Shown here: positions 50,030 to 61,459 of the stretch, piece after piece
Position numbering within the stretch: position 1 is the stretch's first letter
How the letters are laid out: each line of letters begins with the position of its first letter
Assembly: GCA_013265495.1 (NCBI GenBank)
Contig: MU061538.1
Coordinates: 496,001 to 560,000, forward strand
Length of the DNA stretch: 64,000 nt
Direction of reading: 5' to 3'
DNA from: Vicugna vicugna
Taxonomy: Eukaryota
Translations under genes and position numbers: made by a program
The notes under the pieces: generated by a model
Told to the model about the DNA's origin: nothing
What the model saw: the letters and a program-made list of their open reading frames with translations, nothing else
Databases searched by the model: none

Positions 50030-50460
50030 TCTGAAGTATTGTATTATAAAATTTACTTAATATCATCCTTTAAATATTGATAACGTATGAAGTGAAGTAT
50101 TGACTGTCCTGCTTAACACATGATGCGTACTTTCCAATCGGCTTTGAATTAATTCCGTAAGGAAAGCATGATTAATGGGAGGTAAACTCAGCAAGCTTGT
50201 CTCCTGTGCAGTTTGGGAGCAGAAGGCGCATTGAAGTGTAAACTGAAGTTTAACCAGGTGTTACGACTCCCGCGATAGACAGAAGGTACCTTAATGCCCG
50301 ATGCTTGAAATTCTTCCTTTCTCAGTTAAAAATGGTGCATTTTTATAATTTCTATGTTTTATGTCTGGATTACAAGATGAAATGAAGTTTCAGCCACTGT
50401 TTGTAAGCAAGCTTTGGCAAATAAGCACGCTTCAGTCGTGGGTGGTCTAAAATCTTAAGA
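50030..50460. promoter_or_regulatory. Candidate enhancer, 430-bp AT-rich island with no recognised repeat
   Basis: Palindrome GAATTAATTC 50146-50155, GATTAATGG 50170-50178, T-box AGGTGTTA 50256-50263, two GTAAAC Fox-like cores. Confidence 0.4.
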
Positions 50461-52954
50461 AGCTAAAAGCCAGCTTGGACATGCTCCCCTTGGGTTTTCA
50501 GCTCCGAGCGTGTGTCTGAAGTGGGGGCTCCGGGCTCGGCGGAGGGGCTGCGGGAGGCCGGTGTCCCCACGTCCCACAGGCTCCCTGAGCGCCGACCTTT
50601 CCGTGTCCTGCCCCTGCCGCTCCTCCATCACCGGAGCTGATTTCACCCCCCACCTGAGTATGAAAGCGGGGGTCCAGACCTTGTGACGCGCGAACCTTCC
50701 ATGCTGGCCGGTGGCGTCCGAGGCCAAGATGAGCCATCCGAGTGAGGACCTTCGGGGGGGATGGCGTCATGGAGGGGACGAAGCAGGTGGAACAGTCAGG
50801 AGGCGGAGGCTGGGCTCACTGTGGTAGCAATGCAGGAGGGACGAAGTGGTTTGGAAATAAAACCCCAGCAGGAAAAACGGGGTGCCCGGCTGGATGTGAG
50901 TCCGGAGGACAGAGGTTGCGTTCTGGTTTGGGACTGGTGCCACTCACCGTGACGGGCTGGCTGGGCAGGGGACACCTGAGCTCTGTGGGGACGTGCGGGC
51001 TGAGATGTGCCCCGGACGTGCCCCAGGGGAGGTGTCCGGCTAGCACTACGATGGGAGAACCAGAGCCTGAACTCGGGGCACTTGGGCGTGGGGGACAGAG
51101 AGCAGCGAGGGCTGTCTGCGTCCAGGGACCCCCGTGCCCAGGAGCCCCCGGGCCCAGACACACGTCGTGCAGTTTTGACCTCCTGGCAGATCTCCCATCG
51201 TTAACCACGAGCCGAAGGCCGGCCGCGTTGCAGACAGTCGGGATCTGCAGGTCTCAGGGTCTGCATTGTGGACCGAGAGTTCCTGGCGATGCCATCCACA
51301 CGGGTGGGGACGCGGACGGTCTGCGTGTCTGCGCCTGGGGCGTTGGTTCCACGGCTGTTCACCAGGCACCTTCCAGGGGCCTTTCAAGCTGGTGAAGCCT
51401 GTCCAGCCCACGTCACACCTGCTGAAGCAAAGCAGAGGGGCCCTGCCTCCCTGCTGCCCGTTCCCACCTCTCTCTGGGGGACACGCGCCACTGTCCATCC
51501 ATACTTCTCTCACGCCAGCTTGTCTGGTTCTTCCCTGGCACCTGCGGCCAGAGACTCGGCCCCCTGCCCGAAGCTCCAGTGGATGACCCCCCAAGAGCAG
51601 AAGCAGCTGACCCCAGACCCCACAGTCCCCGCACCTGGGCGAGCAGAGAGCCGTGCAGGCCCCTCCCACCTACCTCTCTGCCAACATGAGGTCAGGCTGC
51701 CAGGCCTGGAAGGCTGTGTCTGGAGGGGACCAGCCCCCGGGAACCCCTGACGTGAGTGTGGGGGCCTCTCAGAGGACAGCTGGAGGGGCTTCACAGGCAG
51801 GGCCACCACCTCCCCTCACGGCTGCTCTTGGAGGTGTGTGTTATCCGTATCCAGTGAACTTTGACCTGTGTGTTTGGGGTGGCCAGGAAACATTTCTGTG
51901 TCTGTCCATCACTGCGGTGACAAACACCCCAGGAGAGGAGGTGGGTTTCTGCCCAGGCTGCGTGCCCACCTTGGGTCGGCCAGGGGCTCAGGCCGCCCAG
52001 CTCGGGCGGGGTCAGTGCAGCCTGGGCCCGGGGCTGAGCAGGTCGTGGGTGAAGGGAAGCGGCAGTGGCACCCTGGCCGAGAGGCACCTGTGCTCATGCT
52101 TCAGCCCTGAAGCACATCTGCCACCCCGGCTGGGGTGGGGGTCGCCCCACCAGCTCCCCGAGGAGCCCACGAGGGGGAGACGGGCCACACACCCACTGAC
52201 CAGCAAGAAGAAACCCAGCGCATGGCCGGTCAGGCCCGGTCTCGGGGCAGGTGCAGGCTGGCTGCGGCCCCTGGGTCTCAGGAGGCCCCTCGGCTTCTGA
52301 GAACCGTGCCAGACGGGGGCTCGCGTGGAGAGGTGGGACCCGGCCCACAGCCACAGCTGAGCCGGGAGCCTGGGGGGCAGGGCCCGAGGGACCACCCACC
52401 CGCGTAGCCAGGGCTGGGGCCCCTTCAACAGATGCTCTCAACCCAGCGTGCTTCCCGCGTCACAAGTCAGTGGAGGGACAAGTGAGCTCCCGGAAAAACC
52501 CGACACCGTGACTCGCGGGAGGCGCTGTCCTGAGAAAACGGCCAGCAGGATGTTCCCCATATTTGGTATTTCTTCCTCACTTTAGTTTTCCTCCGTGGGC
52601 TCTTCAAACCAGGGGAACTTCTTGGCCAGGAAGAGAGGGCTGCGTATTAAAAGGTTTAGGTTTTAAATAACTGAACATGGGTTTCACTGAGGAACTCCAG
52701 CACTGATCAGGTAAGTATCCGGCTGGCTCTCGCTGCGGGCTGTCAGCCGGCGGTGGGTGTCACGGAGTCGCTCGGCGGACAGCGTGTCCCAGTGGTTTTC
52801 CTCTGCCCGTACCCGGTTCCTAAAGCCGCTGTAACAACACGGCTCGAACTGGCTGACAAGGCGGCAGGCAGGTATCCTTTCGCTGTCCGAGGCTCCGTTT
52901 GAAGTGCAGTGTCCGCAGGGCCGGGCTCTCTGAGAGCTCCACAGGTGAGCGCTG

Positions 52955-53745
52955 GGGTTGGTTTGTCTTCGTGGGAAGAATGCTTAAGGCCCACTCTCCT
53001 GGCAAAGTTCAGGTATTCAGTCCAGCGCTGTTACCTACAGTCACCACGTTGTACGTTAGGTCCTCAAACGTAATCGTCCTACGACCGAAATGTGCACGTT
53101 CTGACAGCGCTGGTCCCCCAGCAACCCTGTTCGCTATGTTTCTGTGAGTCTGAAGGGTTTCTAGAGTCCACCCGTAAGAGCGGCCCCGCGCTGCCTGTGT
53201 CTCTGTCTGACTGACTTCACTGACCACACGGCCCCCGCAGCTCGAGGTGCGTTGCCGACAGGGCAGGACTCCGTTCCTCCCACGGCTGAGTCGTACTGCC
53301 CCGTTCACACACACCCGCGTCTTCCTCATCCTGTCGTCTGCGGAGGGGCACTCAGTTCGCGTCCACGTCTCGGCTGCTGTGGACACCGGGCTGCATGTGT
53401 CTTTCCAGATTAGGCTTTTGTCTTCTTCAGACAGACGCCCAGGAGGGAGACTGCTGACTCGTACGGCAGCTCTGCCTTCAATTTCCCGAGGACCCTCCAG
53501 ACTGTTTCCCACGGCAGCCGCACCCGTTTCCTCTCCCACCAGCGGTGCCCGGGGGCTCCCTTCTCCCCGCACCCCCTGCAGCACTTGTCATTTCTTGTCT
53601 TTTGGTGACGGCCGTCCTGCCGGGTGTGAGATGACGTCTTGTTGTGGTTTTGATTTCCGTTTCCCTGATCGGTAGTGACGCTGAGCATCCTTCCTCGTGC
53701 TTGGTGGCCTGCTGTACGTCTTCCCTAGAACGACGTCTATTCAGA
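52955..53745 (-). mobile_element. LINE-1 3' fragment (L1MA-like) with ORF2 C-terminal remnant
   Basis: ORF 53410..53688(-) reads DKCCRGCGEKGAPGHRWWERKRVRLPWETVWRVLGKLKAELPYESAVSLLG, a decayed copy of the L1 ORF2 KCWRGCGEKGTLLHCWWEC...TVWRFLKKLKIELPYDPAIPLLG motif. Confidence 0.9.
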
Positions 53746-53996
53746 AGGACCCTTCTTTGTCTCCCTCGGCGGTAGGGGCTTCTGGCGTCCTCGGTGCCCC
53801 TGGGCTCACAGCAGCCTCGCTCCAGGCCCTGCCGCTGCTGTCACCTGGCGCTCTGCTGCGTCTGTCCTCGCGCGGCGCAGCCTCTTACGAGGACACCAGT
53901 CCTCCTGGATCCGGGGCCACTCTGGGGCTTGGTCTCAGCTGATTACACGTGCAGCGGTCTTACTTCCGAGTAAGATCATGTCCTAAGGGGCTGGTG

Positions 53997-54329
53997 TGTC
54001 TTAGGCCGTCCAGGCTGCTGTAGCAAGGTTACCACCGGCTAAGTTCTCTGAACAACCAGCACTTGTCCCTTACGCTTCTGGAGCCCGGAAGCCTGCGATC
54101 AGGTTGCCGGCAGATTCGGTGCCTGGTGAGGACCCGCTTCCTGGCTCACAGATGGCTGTCTTCTCCTGTGTCCTCCTGTGGCAGGAAGGACGAGAGGGCT
54201 CTCCAGGGTCTCTTGTCCAACCCCTCCTACCTAATTACCTCCCCAAAGCACCGCTTCCGACACCATCATGCTGGGGATTGGGGTTTCAATGTATGAATTT
54301 TGGATGTGACACAAACTCAGTCCATAACA
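53997..54329 (-). mobile_element. MLT1A-like solo LTR nested in the older MLT1
   Basis: Complete termini tgtcttaggccgtccaggctgct and aactcagtccataaca, with degenerate 5-bp TSD tggtg/tgggg. Confidence 0.85.
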
Positions 54330-54724
54330 TGGGGCTCAGGACTTCAGTGTATCTCTTGTTCTAGAAGTGGCACAGCTCACCCAGGCGCTACCTGAGGCGC
54401 GGTCTGCTTTTGTAGGAGGGAGGGAAAATCACTGATAGGCTAACATTTCTGTGTTGTTCTCAGACGGGTGGAAGGGCGGCCACCTGCCGCTCGCGGCACT
54501 GCCTCCCTGCGACCTGACTCGCTCGGACCCGAGACCGTCCAGTGGGGACAGTCCAGTGGGGCAGTGGACCAAGCACGCAGCAGGGCTCCCCGCCTGGCCC
54601 GCCAGACAGCGCTGGTGTCTGGGCCTGGCCTGGCAGCACCACGTGGCCAGTAAGAAATTGCTCCTATAAATGAGTGCCTGACCCCCAGCCAAATACATTA
54701 TTCTCTCTAAATTCCAAGAGAGCT

Positions 54725-54925
54725 CAGTTTATCTCTTACAGCATTTGTCACATGTGCCATTTGTGGGAGTCACTTATGTTGACGGCTGTCTGCCCACCTC
54801 CCTGGGTGCCAAGACCCTTACAACGGGAACCAGGTCTGTCTTATCTTACAGGCCCCCACGGCCCGAGTGCAGTGCCTCCACTTACAAGGACTCAATACAC
54901 GTTTGACGACTAGACACTAATGAGT
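54725..54925 (+). mobile_element. L2 3'-end fragment
   Basis: ttacagcatttgtcaca...ggctgtctgccc...gggaaccaggtctgtcttatctt...cagtgcct...ctcaatacacgtttg resembles the L2 3' consensus. Confidence 0.55.
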
Positions 54926-57900
54926 TAATTAGCTCACGTGCGACCTTCTTGGTAATATATCTGAGTCACCTCTCGGTCCAGTGAGACTGGATGAACAAGC
55001 CTTTGAGGCGTGAGGGAGGTGCGTGGGGGTGCCAGAAGGCAGGGCACCGGAGAGTCTCCCTGGAAAGGAGACTTCACAGTGCTCGCCCGCCTCCTCTGCC
55101 CACGCCGCCAGCACACGGAGCCCTGTCGAGGGCGGGGTTTGGAGGCAGCTGACCACCGCATCCCACACCAGCACCTCGGTGAGAAGTTCAGGCCAGAGGT
55201 CCCACCGCTGTCCAGGGTGACAGAAGAGAGACAAAAATAGAGAATAAGCCTAAATAGTTGATGAGTGTCCTGGATTCTCATTCTGAGAGAAATTCTCATT
55301 AACTCTCCTTAAACCCTTTCCTCTGTGGTCCTCCCCACACTGGCAGCCTCCACCCCGCATGGTCCTTCTCGAGGCCCCGTCCCAGAGGGGAGCTCACGCC
55401 TCCTGCCTCCCAGCCCGTGAGTGTGGGCTGGGTTCTGCCTTCACTGCCCTGGAGCTTCCAAGTGCTGAGAGGCAGGCAGGAAGGGGGCAATGCTCCTGCG
55501 ACCCAAGGAAGGGGCCGGTCCCCCGGACACACGTGCCGGGAGCTGGTCAATGCGTCCACATGACACCCAGGACATGGGGCTGGAGCTGGAGGAGGTGGGG
55601 GAAGCGTCCCTTTGGGGCTCAGGAGGAGGGCGGCCCAGCATCTTCCTTCCTGCCCCCCTGGGGAGACTCCTCTTCCTCAACCTAAAGGAAGAGGGGTCTT
55701 CGGGCCCCCTGGAGAGACTGACCCCCCTTCCTGGGGTGGAGACTCGGGGGGGGGGGCACAGGCCTGCAGAGAACTTGGCCTGAGCAGCCCAGAGCCTCGA
55801 CTGCCAGTGGGAAAGGAGGCAGAGGGCTCCCACATGCGGGGGATGGGGCGCCTGGACCTGGTTCTACAGGGGCCCAAACAGGAGGGTCCCTGCTCGTGGG
55901 GGAGACAGCTCTGCCAGAGAGAACTTGGGGCTTTGGTTTTGGTTGCAGAACTGAATGGGTGGGGCTCATGAGCAGCCAACCGCAGCAGAGGCACCATGTG
56001 AACGTGCTGGGGGCACCTCCTTGGGGCTGACATGCTGCAGAAAGGCAAGGCCCCGAGAGCACCCACACAGGGGTCAGAGCCAGGACAAGAAGGCAGGGTG
56101 CCTGCCTGGAGGAGGAGGGTGCCAGGAGGTCGGGGCATGCAGGCCTGGGTGTTCGGGAGGCACCCATCGGAGGCTGCTGGCCAGACTGAGAAAGGACCGG
56201 CTGCTGCCCACCGCCCCTGAGTACCTTGCTGGTTGTGTGCCCGCCCGGGGGCCACCCGGGCGGGGAAGCAGGACCCCAGGGACGCCTGGGCCTCGGAGGG
56301 GACTTAGCTGTGCTCCGTGCTGCGCCCCGGCAGGCTGCCTCGTGGCCGTGCGGTTTCTCTCCTGGGCTGTCCCGATCGCTCAGGGACGGCTGGCGTGGGA
56401 AGGGTGCGTCCCGTCATCGCTGTTTCATGGAGCACACGTGAAAGCAGAGAAAACGAGTTGTTTTGGAAAACAGCCTCCCTTCAAACACCCTGAATTCACT
56501 GGACCCGTTCACTCACATTGCTCTGATTTTATCATTCGTCCCAAACCCCACGTTTATTGCAGATTGGTTTGTGCTTTGCTGCCCGCCCCCTTGTAAAAGG
56601 GCTTAGGAGCGATTACGAAAGTTCGTTTAAAAGAGGTTTAAAAAAGAGAAGTCTCCCCACTTGGACGTGACCACGGCCCTCTCAGTCCAGGAGGCCTGCC
56701 TCCGTCTGCTTCCACAGGAGCCCTGGGGAGGTGAGAGCACCCCAGACCTCGGGGCCGCGTCCCCGGGGCCCGCGCCCCTCGGCAGTCCTGGCTCCTGGCG
56801 GATTTGCTGGGAGTCCCGTCAGCGTCGGGGGCTGATGTCCCTGGAGTGGCTCAGAGACCCGATGGCCAGGCGGAAGGACCTGAGCCTGGGGCAGGGCCTG
56901 TCCACTCAGCCATGGGCCACTGTTCAGGTCAAAGCCAGGGTCAGCCACATGCCACACAGAACCCAGGAGACCTGGGCCCATTCCTTGGACCCGCGCGAGC
57001 AGCCTGTGTGCTCTGTCCCAACCCGCCCCTCCTCCTGCCCTGCATCCTTCTGCGTGTTTGTGGGGCCGTCACAGGAGGACACGGGCTCTGGGCCCTGACC
57101 CACCCAGCACAGGTGGGGGTGTCCACTGTCCCGAGGCACCCCTGTCGTGAGCCCCCCACCCGCAGGGGAGGCATCTCTGGACAGAGACCACCCTGAGCAA
57201 ATACGTCACAACGAAGGTGGACAGGAGGCAGCAGGTGCATTTTGCGGGGCAGCTGGAGGGCAGCCCACGTCCAGGAGCAGCGCATGGCTGGGGGACGCGC
57301 CCCCCCGGGAGCCGGGGTCCGGGCGCTGGCTTTCTCGAGCCTCTAGGGTGCTGACTCTCTGAGGAAGGAAGCAGTCTGAACGTTGTACTCGGCGGCAGTT
57401 ATGCGCCACCGTTTCTAAGTCTGTGAGCTCTTCTACCTGTTAGGCCTGCCGGGTGTCCTCACAGCCTGCGGGCGGGCCAGCTGGGCCTCCCTGAGGCTGT
57501 GGCTCGCCGGGGGTCGCGGAGCTGCTGTCGACTTCAGTGCGGGTGCTAGGGGTTTTCATTTTTTTAACAAAATGTCCAAACGCAAAGATAAAGAGGTAGA
57601 GGACGGCGCCTTTACATAGACTTCCAGTTAAGCGAGCCAGCCTGTTCCTACAGGCCGCTGAGTAAATGCCAGCCACGGGAAAGCCGGGCTCCACCGGAGA
57701 GGCTCCCTCGGGACATGCTGTGGGGCACCGCCTCCGCCCTGCTCTGTTCACCGTGTTTGCCAAGGCTTAACAGAAGCCATGCATTCGGGTTTCCTAAAGG
57801 TCATGGATACGGGGCCAGAGGGGCAGTGGAAAGAGAGACGCGAGGGTGGAAGTCCCTCTTGTGTTGGAATTCTAAGACGAGGCTGCCCGAGAGCCCGGGT

Positions 57901-58011
57901 CGGGGGACCGGCTTGAGGGTGTCTCGGCCGCCGTGCTGGCGCCTCTCACCAGAGGACGCGCGCTGTTTCTCTGGGGCAGATGCAGCCCCAGGTGTGTTTT
58001 GTTTGCCCGCG

Positions 58012-58376
58012 TGTCCATCTCCCGGGGCTGCGGTAACGGAGCACCACAGACCGCAGCTTCAAACCACAGACGGGAATTGTCTCGTGGGTCTCGGGCCAGA
58101 AGTGGAAACCAACGTGTGGGCAGCCCTGGGGGCTCCCGGCGTCCCTGGTGGTCCCTGGCTCGAAGATCATCACTCCAGCCTCGTGTGTCACCTTCTTCTG
58201 CACGTCCCCGTGAACAGACTCCCCTTCTCATAAGGACGTGGTGATGGACCCACCCTGATGACGCCGTAACCCGATCACCTCTACCAGGACCCCATCTTCA
58301 AACAGTCACATTCTGAGGTCCTGAGGGTCAGAACTTCAACATATGACTTTGGGGGGACACAGTTCGGCCTGTCACA
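58012..58376 (-). mobile_element. MLT1B/C-like solo LTR
   Basis: ggggctgcggtaacggagcaccacagac; cttctcataaggac; cagtcacattctgaggtcctgagggtcagaacttcaacatatgactttggggggacacagttc terminus. Confidence 0.85.
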
Positions 58377-59257
58377 GCTCACTCACTAATTTCAAAAACA
58401 AATTCTGTATAGAACCTTCAGATGTCTGACTTGACCTCCAGGCCCACCTTCCCTCCTGGCGCACCTGCTAAGCAGGTGGGCGGGGAGAGGGTCAGACCCT
58501 GCCTCCTCCTGCCGCTACGCCTGGCCGCTCCACCTACCTGCCCCGTTCAGCCGCCGGGAATGCGGGGTCACAGCCCTGGCTTCCACCTGCTGCACCCAGG
58601 GAGCCTTTGGGCACCTCTTAGAAGGAACGTGAGCACTAAAATAGTGACGAAATGAAGAAGTGGAAACCTGTGGCCACAGGAGGGAGGGGCTCACCGGTGT
58701 AGCCTGAACACCTTCCGACAGGACTGCGGCGTCCGGGGAGGGGACCGCGGCCAGGGCTCACTGGCCTGGCCTCCTCCGTGGGGCAGCCCTCAGCTCTAGG
58801 CTCTGCCCCCATGCAGCCTGCGGAGAGTCGGAGCCAACAAGAGCAGAACAGAGGGGCCTGCAGGCGAGGCCAGAGGAGGGGGCGGGGAGGGGCTGGCCGG
58901 CACTGTCAGGTCAGAGGCAGGGGCCGGCATGTCAGTGCTCCCCAGGGAGGAGAATCACAAGAAGAGAGCCTCGTTTCAGCCGCAGGGGCAGACGTCCCGG
59001 GTTCGGGCCTCTCCAGGGAGAGCAGCTGCCCCAGGACAGCCCTCATCCGATGGGGCAGGCTCGCCTGGGCGGGACGGGAGGGCTCTTCGTCAGAGATGGC
59101 AGGGTCACAGGGGCCGTGAGGCCGCGGGAGGGGCCGACAGGCGCTGCCCGCCCAGGATCTCAGCCCTCTCCCCCCTGGGTCTCCTCTGGGAGCCTGGGGC
59201 TTGCCGGGCAGGTAACCCCTGCCGGCCTCCTCTGGAGGCTTTTTCTTGTCCTTACAG

Positions 59258-60758
59258 GAATTGTAACTTCAAAGTTTGAAAAAGAAAGTCTAAAATAATT
59301 TTTGCTTATCTGTTAACCAGCCCTTCAGTCATAAATTCTTACTGAAGTCCATCTTTTGTTTTTGATACAGCGGTTTCATGGCAAGCCTTGGAGGGGGTAG
59401 TAACTCCACTTCATAACAGAGTTCCTATTTTTGTATTTCAGAAGTTCTCGATCAATCTGAAAATAAGCCAACATGACAACTAGTAATGGAGGTTGGTCAT
59501 TTTATTTCAAAACAAACAAGAAAAACTTGTTTTTTTCAGTTTTGAGTAAATAACTCATCTTTTTCTTGAAATAAATTATTTGAACCAAAAATTTCATTAT
59601 TTCTCCATTCTTCTCAATTTTAAAGATTTTATAGTAATATCTTAAAATTGCTAAAGAGTCTCCCCAGTTGGTGAATTCCACTGTCCTGCTTCCAATATGC
59701 AAGGGGGACTGGTGAGGAATCTACTAAAATGTAGCACCACCACCCCCATTGCAATAGGCTTATCTTGTGTCACTATAAATAAAGACTTGTCATTAGTATC
59801 AAATGCGCCTCCAAATATTGTCCTTGAAACAACTGCTGCTGACAGTAACGAAGTTCAGTTCAGAGTCATCCTCACTGACCTGTGCCAGCATCCTTTCTAG
59901 AAAATTATCTCTGTGCCGGTACTGTTTCTCTACAAGACTGACCAATTAAAACATCTTGCTTTTCAAAATTCACTCATTGATTAAAATGTTATTTTCTTTA
60001 ACATTATATATATAAGAAAATACAATATACACATACCTACAATATTCAAAAGGATCAAATTCCATTTTTATAATTTAAAATCATTTTTATAAGTGGATTT
60101 ACAAATCAAATTATTTTAAATATAATTTGTGTGACATTGTTATAAATTATTGTTTTCTTTTTTAAAACCAAATTGATTTAAGTTTTCTGAAATCAAGCAA
60201 GTATCCCAGAAGGTGTTTTTACCACTTTCTGCCTCACCACAATATTTCAAGTTCCTGAAGTAGGTGTTGTTTTGCTTTATGATAACTCTGTTTCCCATGA
60301 CAGTCTTTCTCTCTTTTGTTTTAAAATACATTGTCTTTGATAATTTAATTCATTGGAAATTTATTCTAATCACTTAGACATGTGATCTATAACAGTATGC
60401 TGTTCCCTAAATTGAAAATGAGGTTCTTATCACAGAACATTAGGTTTTGCACATAACAAACATGAACTTCGCTTTAAAAGAAGCCTTTGTAAGATCAACA
60501 GATCATTTTAAACTACTTATATTGTTTAGATATTTTGTAGGTCTTGGTGAATTTTACATACTTTTTTATTCATCAGCTAAACAACCCTAACTCCTATATG
60601 AATAATATACTCATTATCATATATAAATGATTTCAAGTGACATGCTTCTCAAAACCATTTTGCCTCATGTTTAAGTTTTCTCTGAAAATGTCGTGGAAAT
60701 TGTAAATTGAAATGTATTATTAAATGAAGTCTAAGCTCTCATGACAAAAAAAAAAAAA
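59258..60758 (+). other. AT-rich, 3'UTR-like segment ending in a poly(A) signal and A13 (terminal exon or retrocopy)
   Basis: Strong acceptor ctttttcttgtccttacag ends at 59257, with an abrupt drop in GC. AATAAA near 59777-59782, ATTAAA 60719-60724, A13 at 60746-60758. Confidence 0.35.
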
Positions 60759-61459
60759 CAAAAACCCCAACATCATCATTCATCCCACAAGGTAGTAGCT
60801 GGCCTTAGCCTTACCTTATTGTCAGAACACTTTCCTACTAAAGTATTTTCAAGAGTTAAAAGCCAGATCCATTTTTCCAGCCCTGGATATAAGAAAGGAT
60901 TTAAAAATAAAGGGAAATAGAATGAAAATCTGGTGGATTAATTTATCAGTTTCTGAAACAGACTCCAAAGGCCAGCACCTAAAACACGAATACATTCTCT
61001 TAACGAATCCCCTGGGTGCCCGTTCATCTTTACACTCCCGCAGTGAGGATGCCGCAGCCAGGCGTCGCTCAGGGAGGGTGGGGAGAGAGGGCTGGGGTGA
61101 CTTTAAGAAGACAAGACGTTGGTGCCACAAAGAATGTACTGTGTGGTGTGCCGCAAGGTGTGAGTGAGAAAATGGACTTTCCTGCTTCTGAAAACCTGCA
61201 TGAAGTGTTTAAGGCCCACCTAACTATTTAAAAAGTGACCACAAGCAAACTTAAATTGTGCCCCCACCACCCCACCCAGCCCTTCTGAAAGCCTTAGAGA
61301 CACGTAGGTCACTAAATTCAGATTAAATCAGGAATGTGCTGCTTTGATGTTGGAAGAGAAACCCTTTGGGACATCTGAAAAACTAGCAAAATAAGTTAAT
61401 GCATTTATTTACTTATTATGTATTTACTGTCTTGTTTAACGTACCATATCATTTTTGTA

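Larger units (their letters stand above)
52808..54385 (-). mobile_element. MLT1B/C-like solo LTR split into three pieces (about 52808-52950, 53746-53996, 54330-54385)
   Basis: The pieces are collinear with one LTR: ttcctaaagccgctgtaacaa...gtgtccgcagggcc, then ggacccttctttg...cttacgaggacaccagtc...gattacacgtgcag, then ggggctcaggacttcagtgtatctc. Confidence 0.7.

Noticed and set aside
16879-52566. Two perfect CArG boxes (CCATTTATGG 16879-16888, CCATATTTGG 52557-52566)
   Set aside because: About one to two are expected by chance in 64 kb of this composition.
53410-53688. L1 ORF2 remnant as an active or domesticated retroelement protein
   Set aside because: Only a mutated C-terminal fragment is present. 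There is no endonuclease or RT domain, and conserved residues are altered.
457-59279. Model linking acceptors at 456, 3546 and 59257 as phase-compatible alternative last exons of one gene
   Set aside because: Phase agreement has a high chance probability, and none of the peptides matches a protein I recognise.
59343-59456. Minus-strand 114-nt exon-like segment (ttttcag acceptor, GTAAGA donor) suggesting a divergent lncRNA
   Set aside because: Such sites arise easily in AT-rich DNA, all frames are closed, and there is no independent support.
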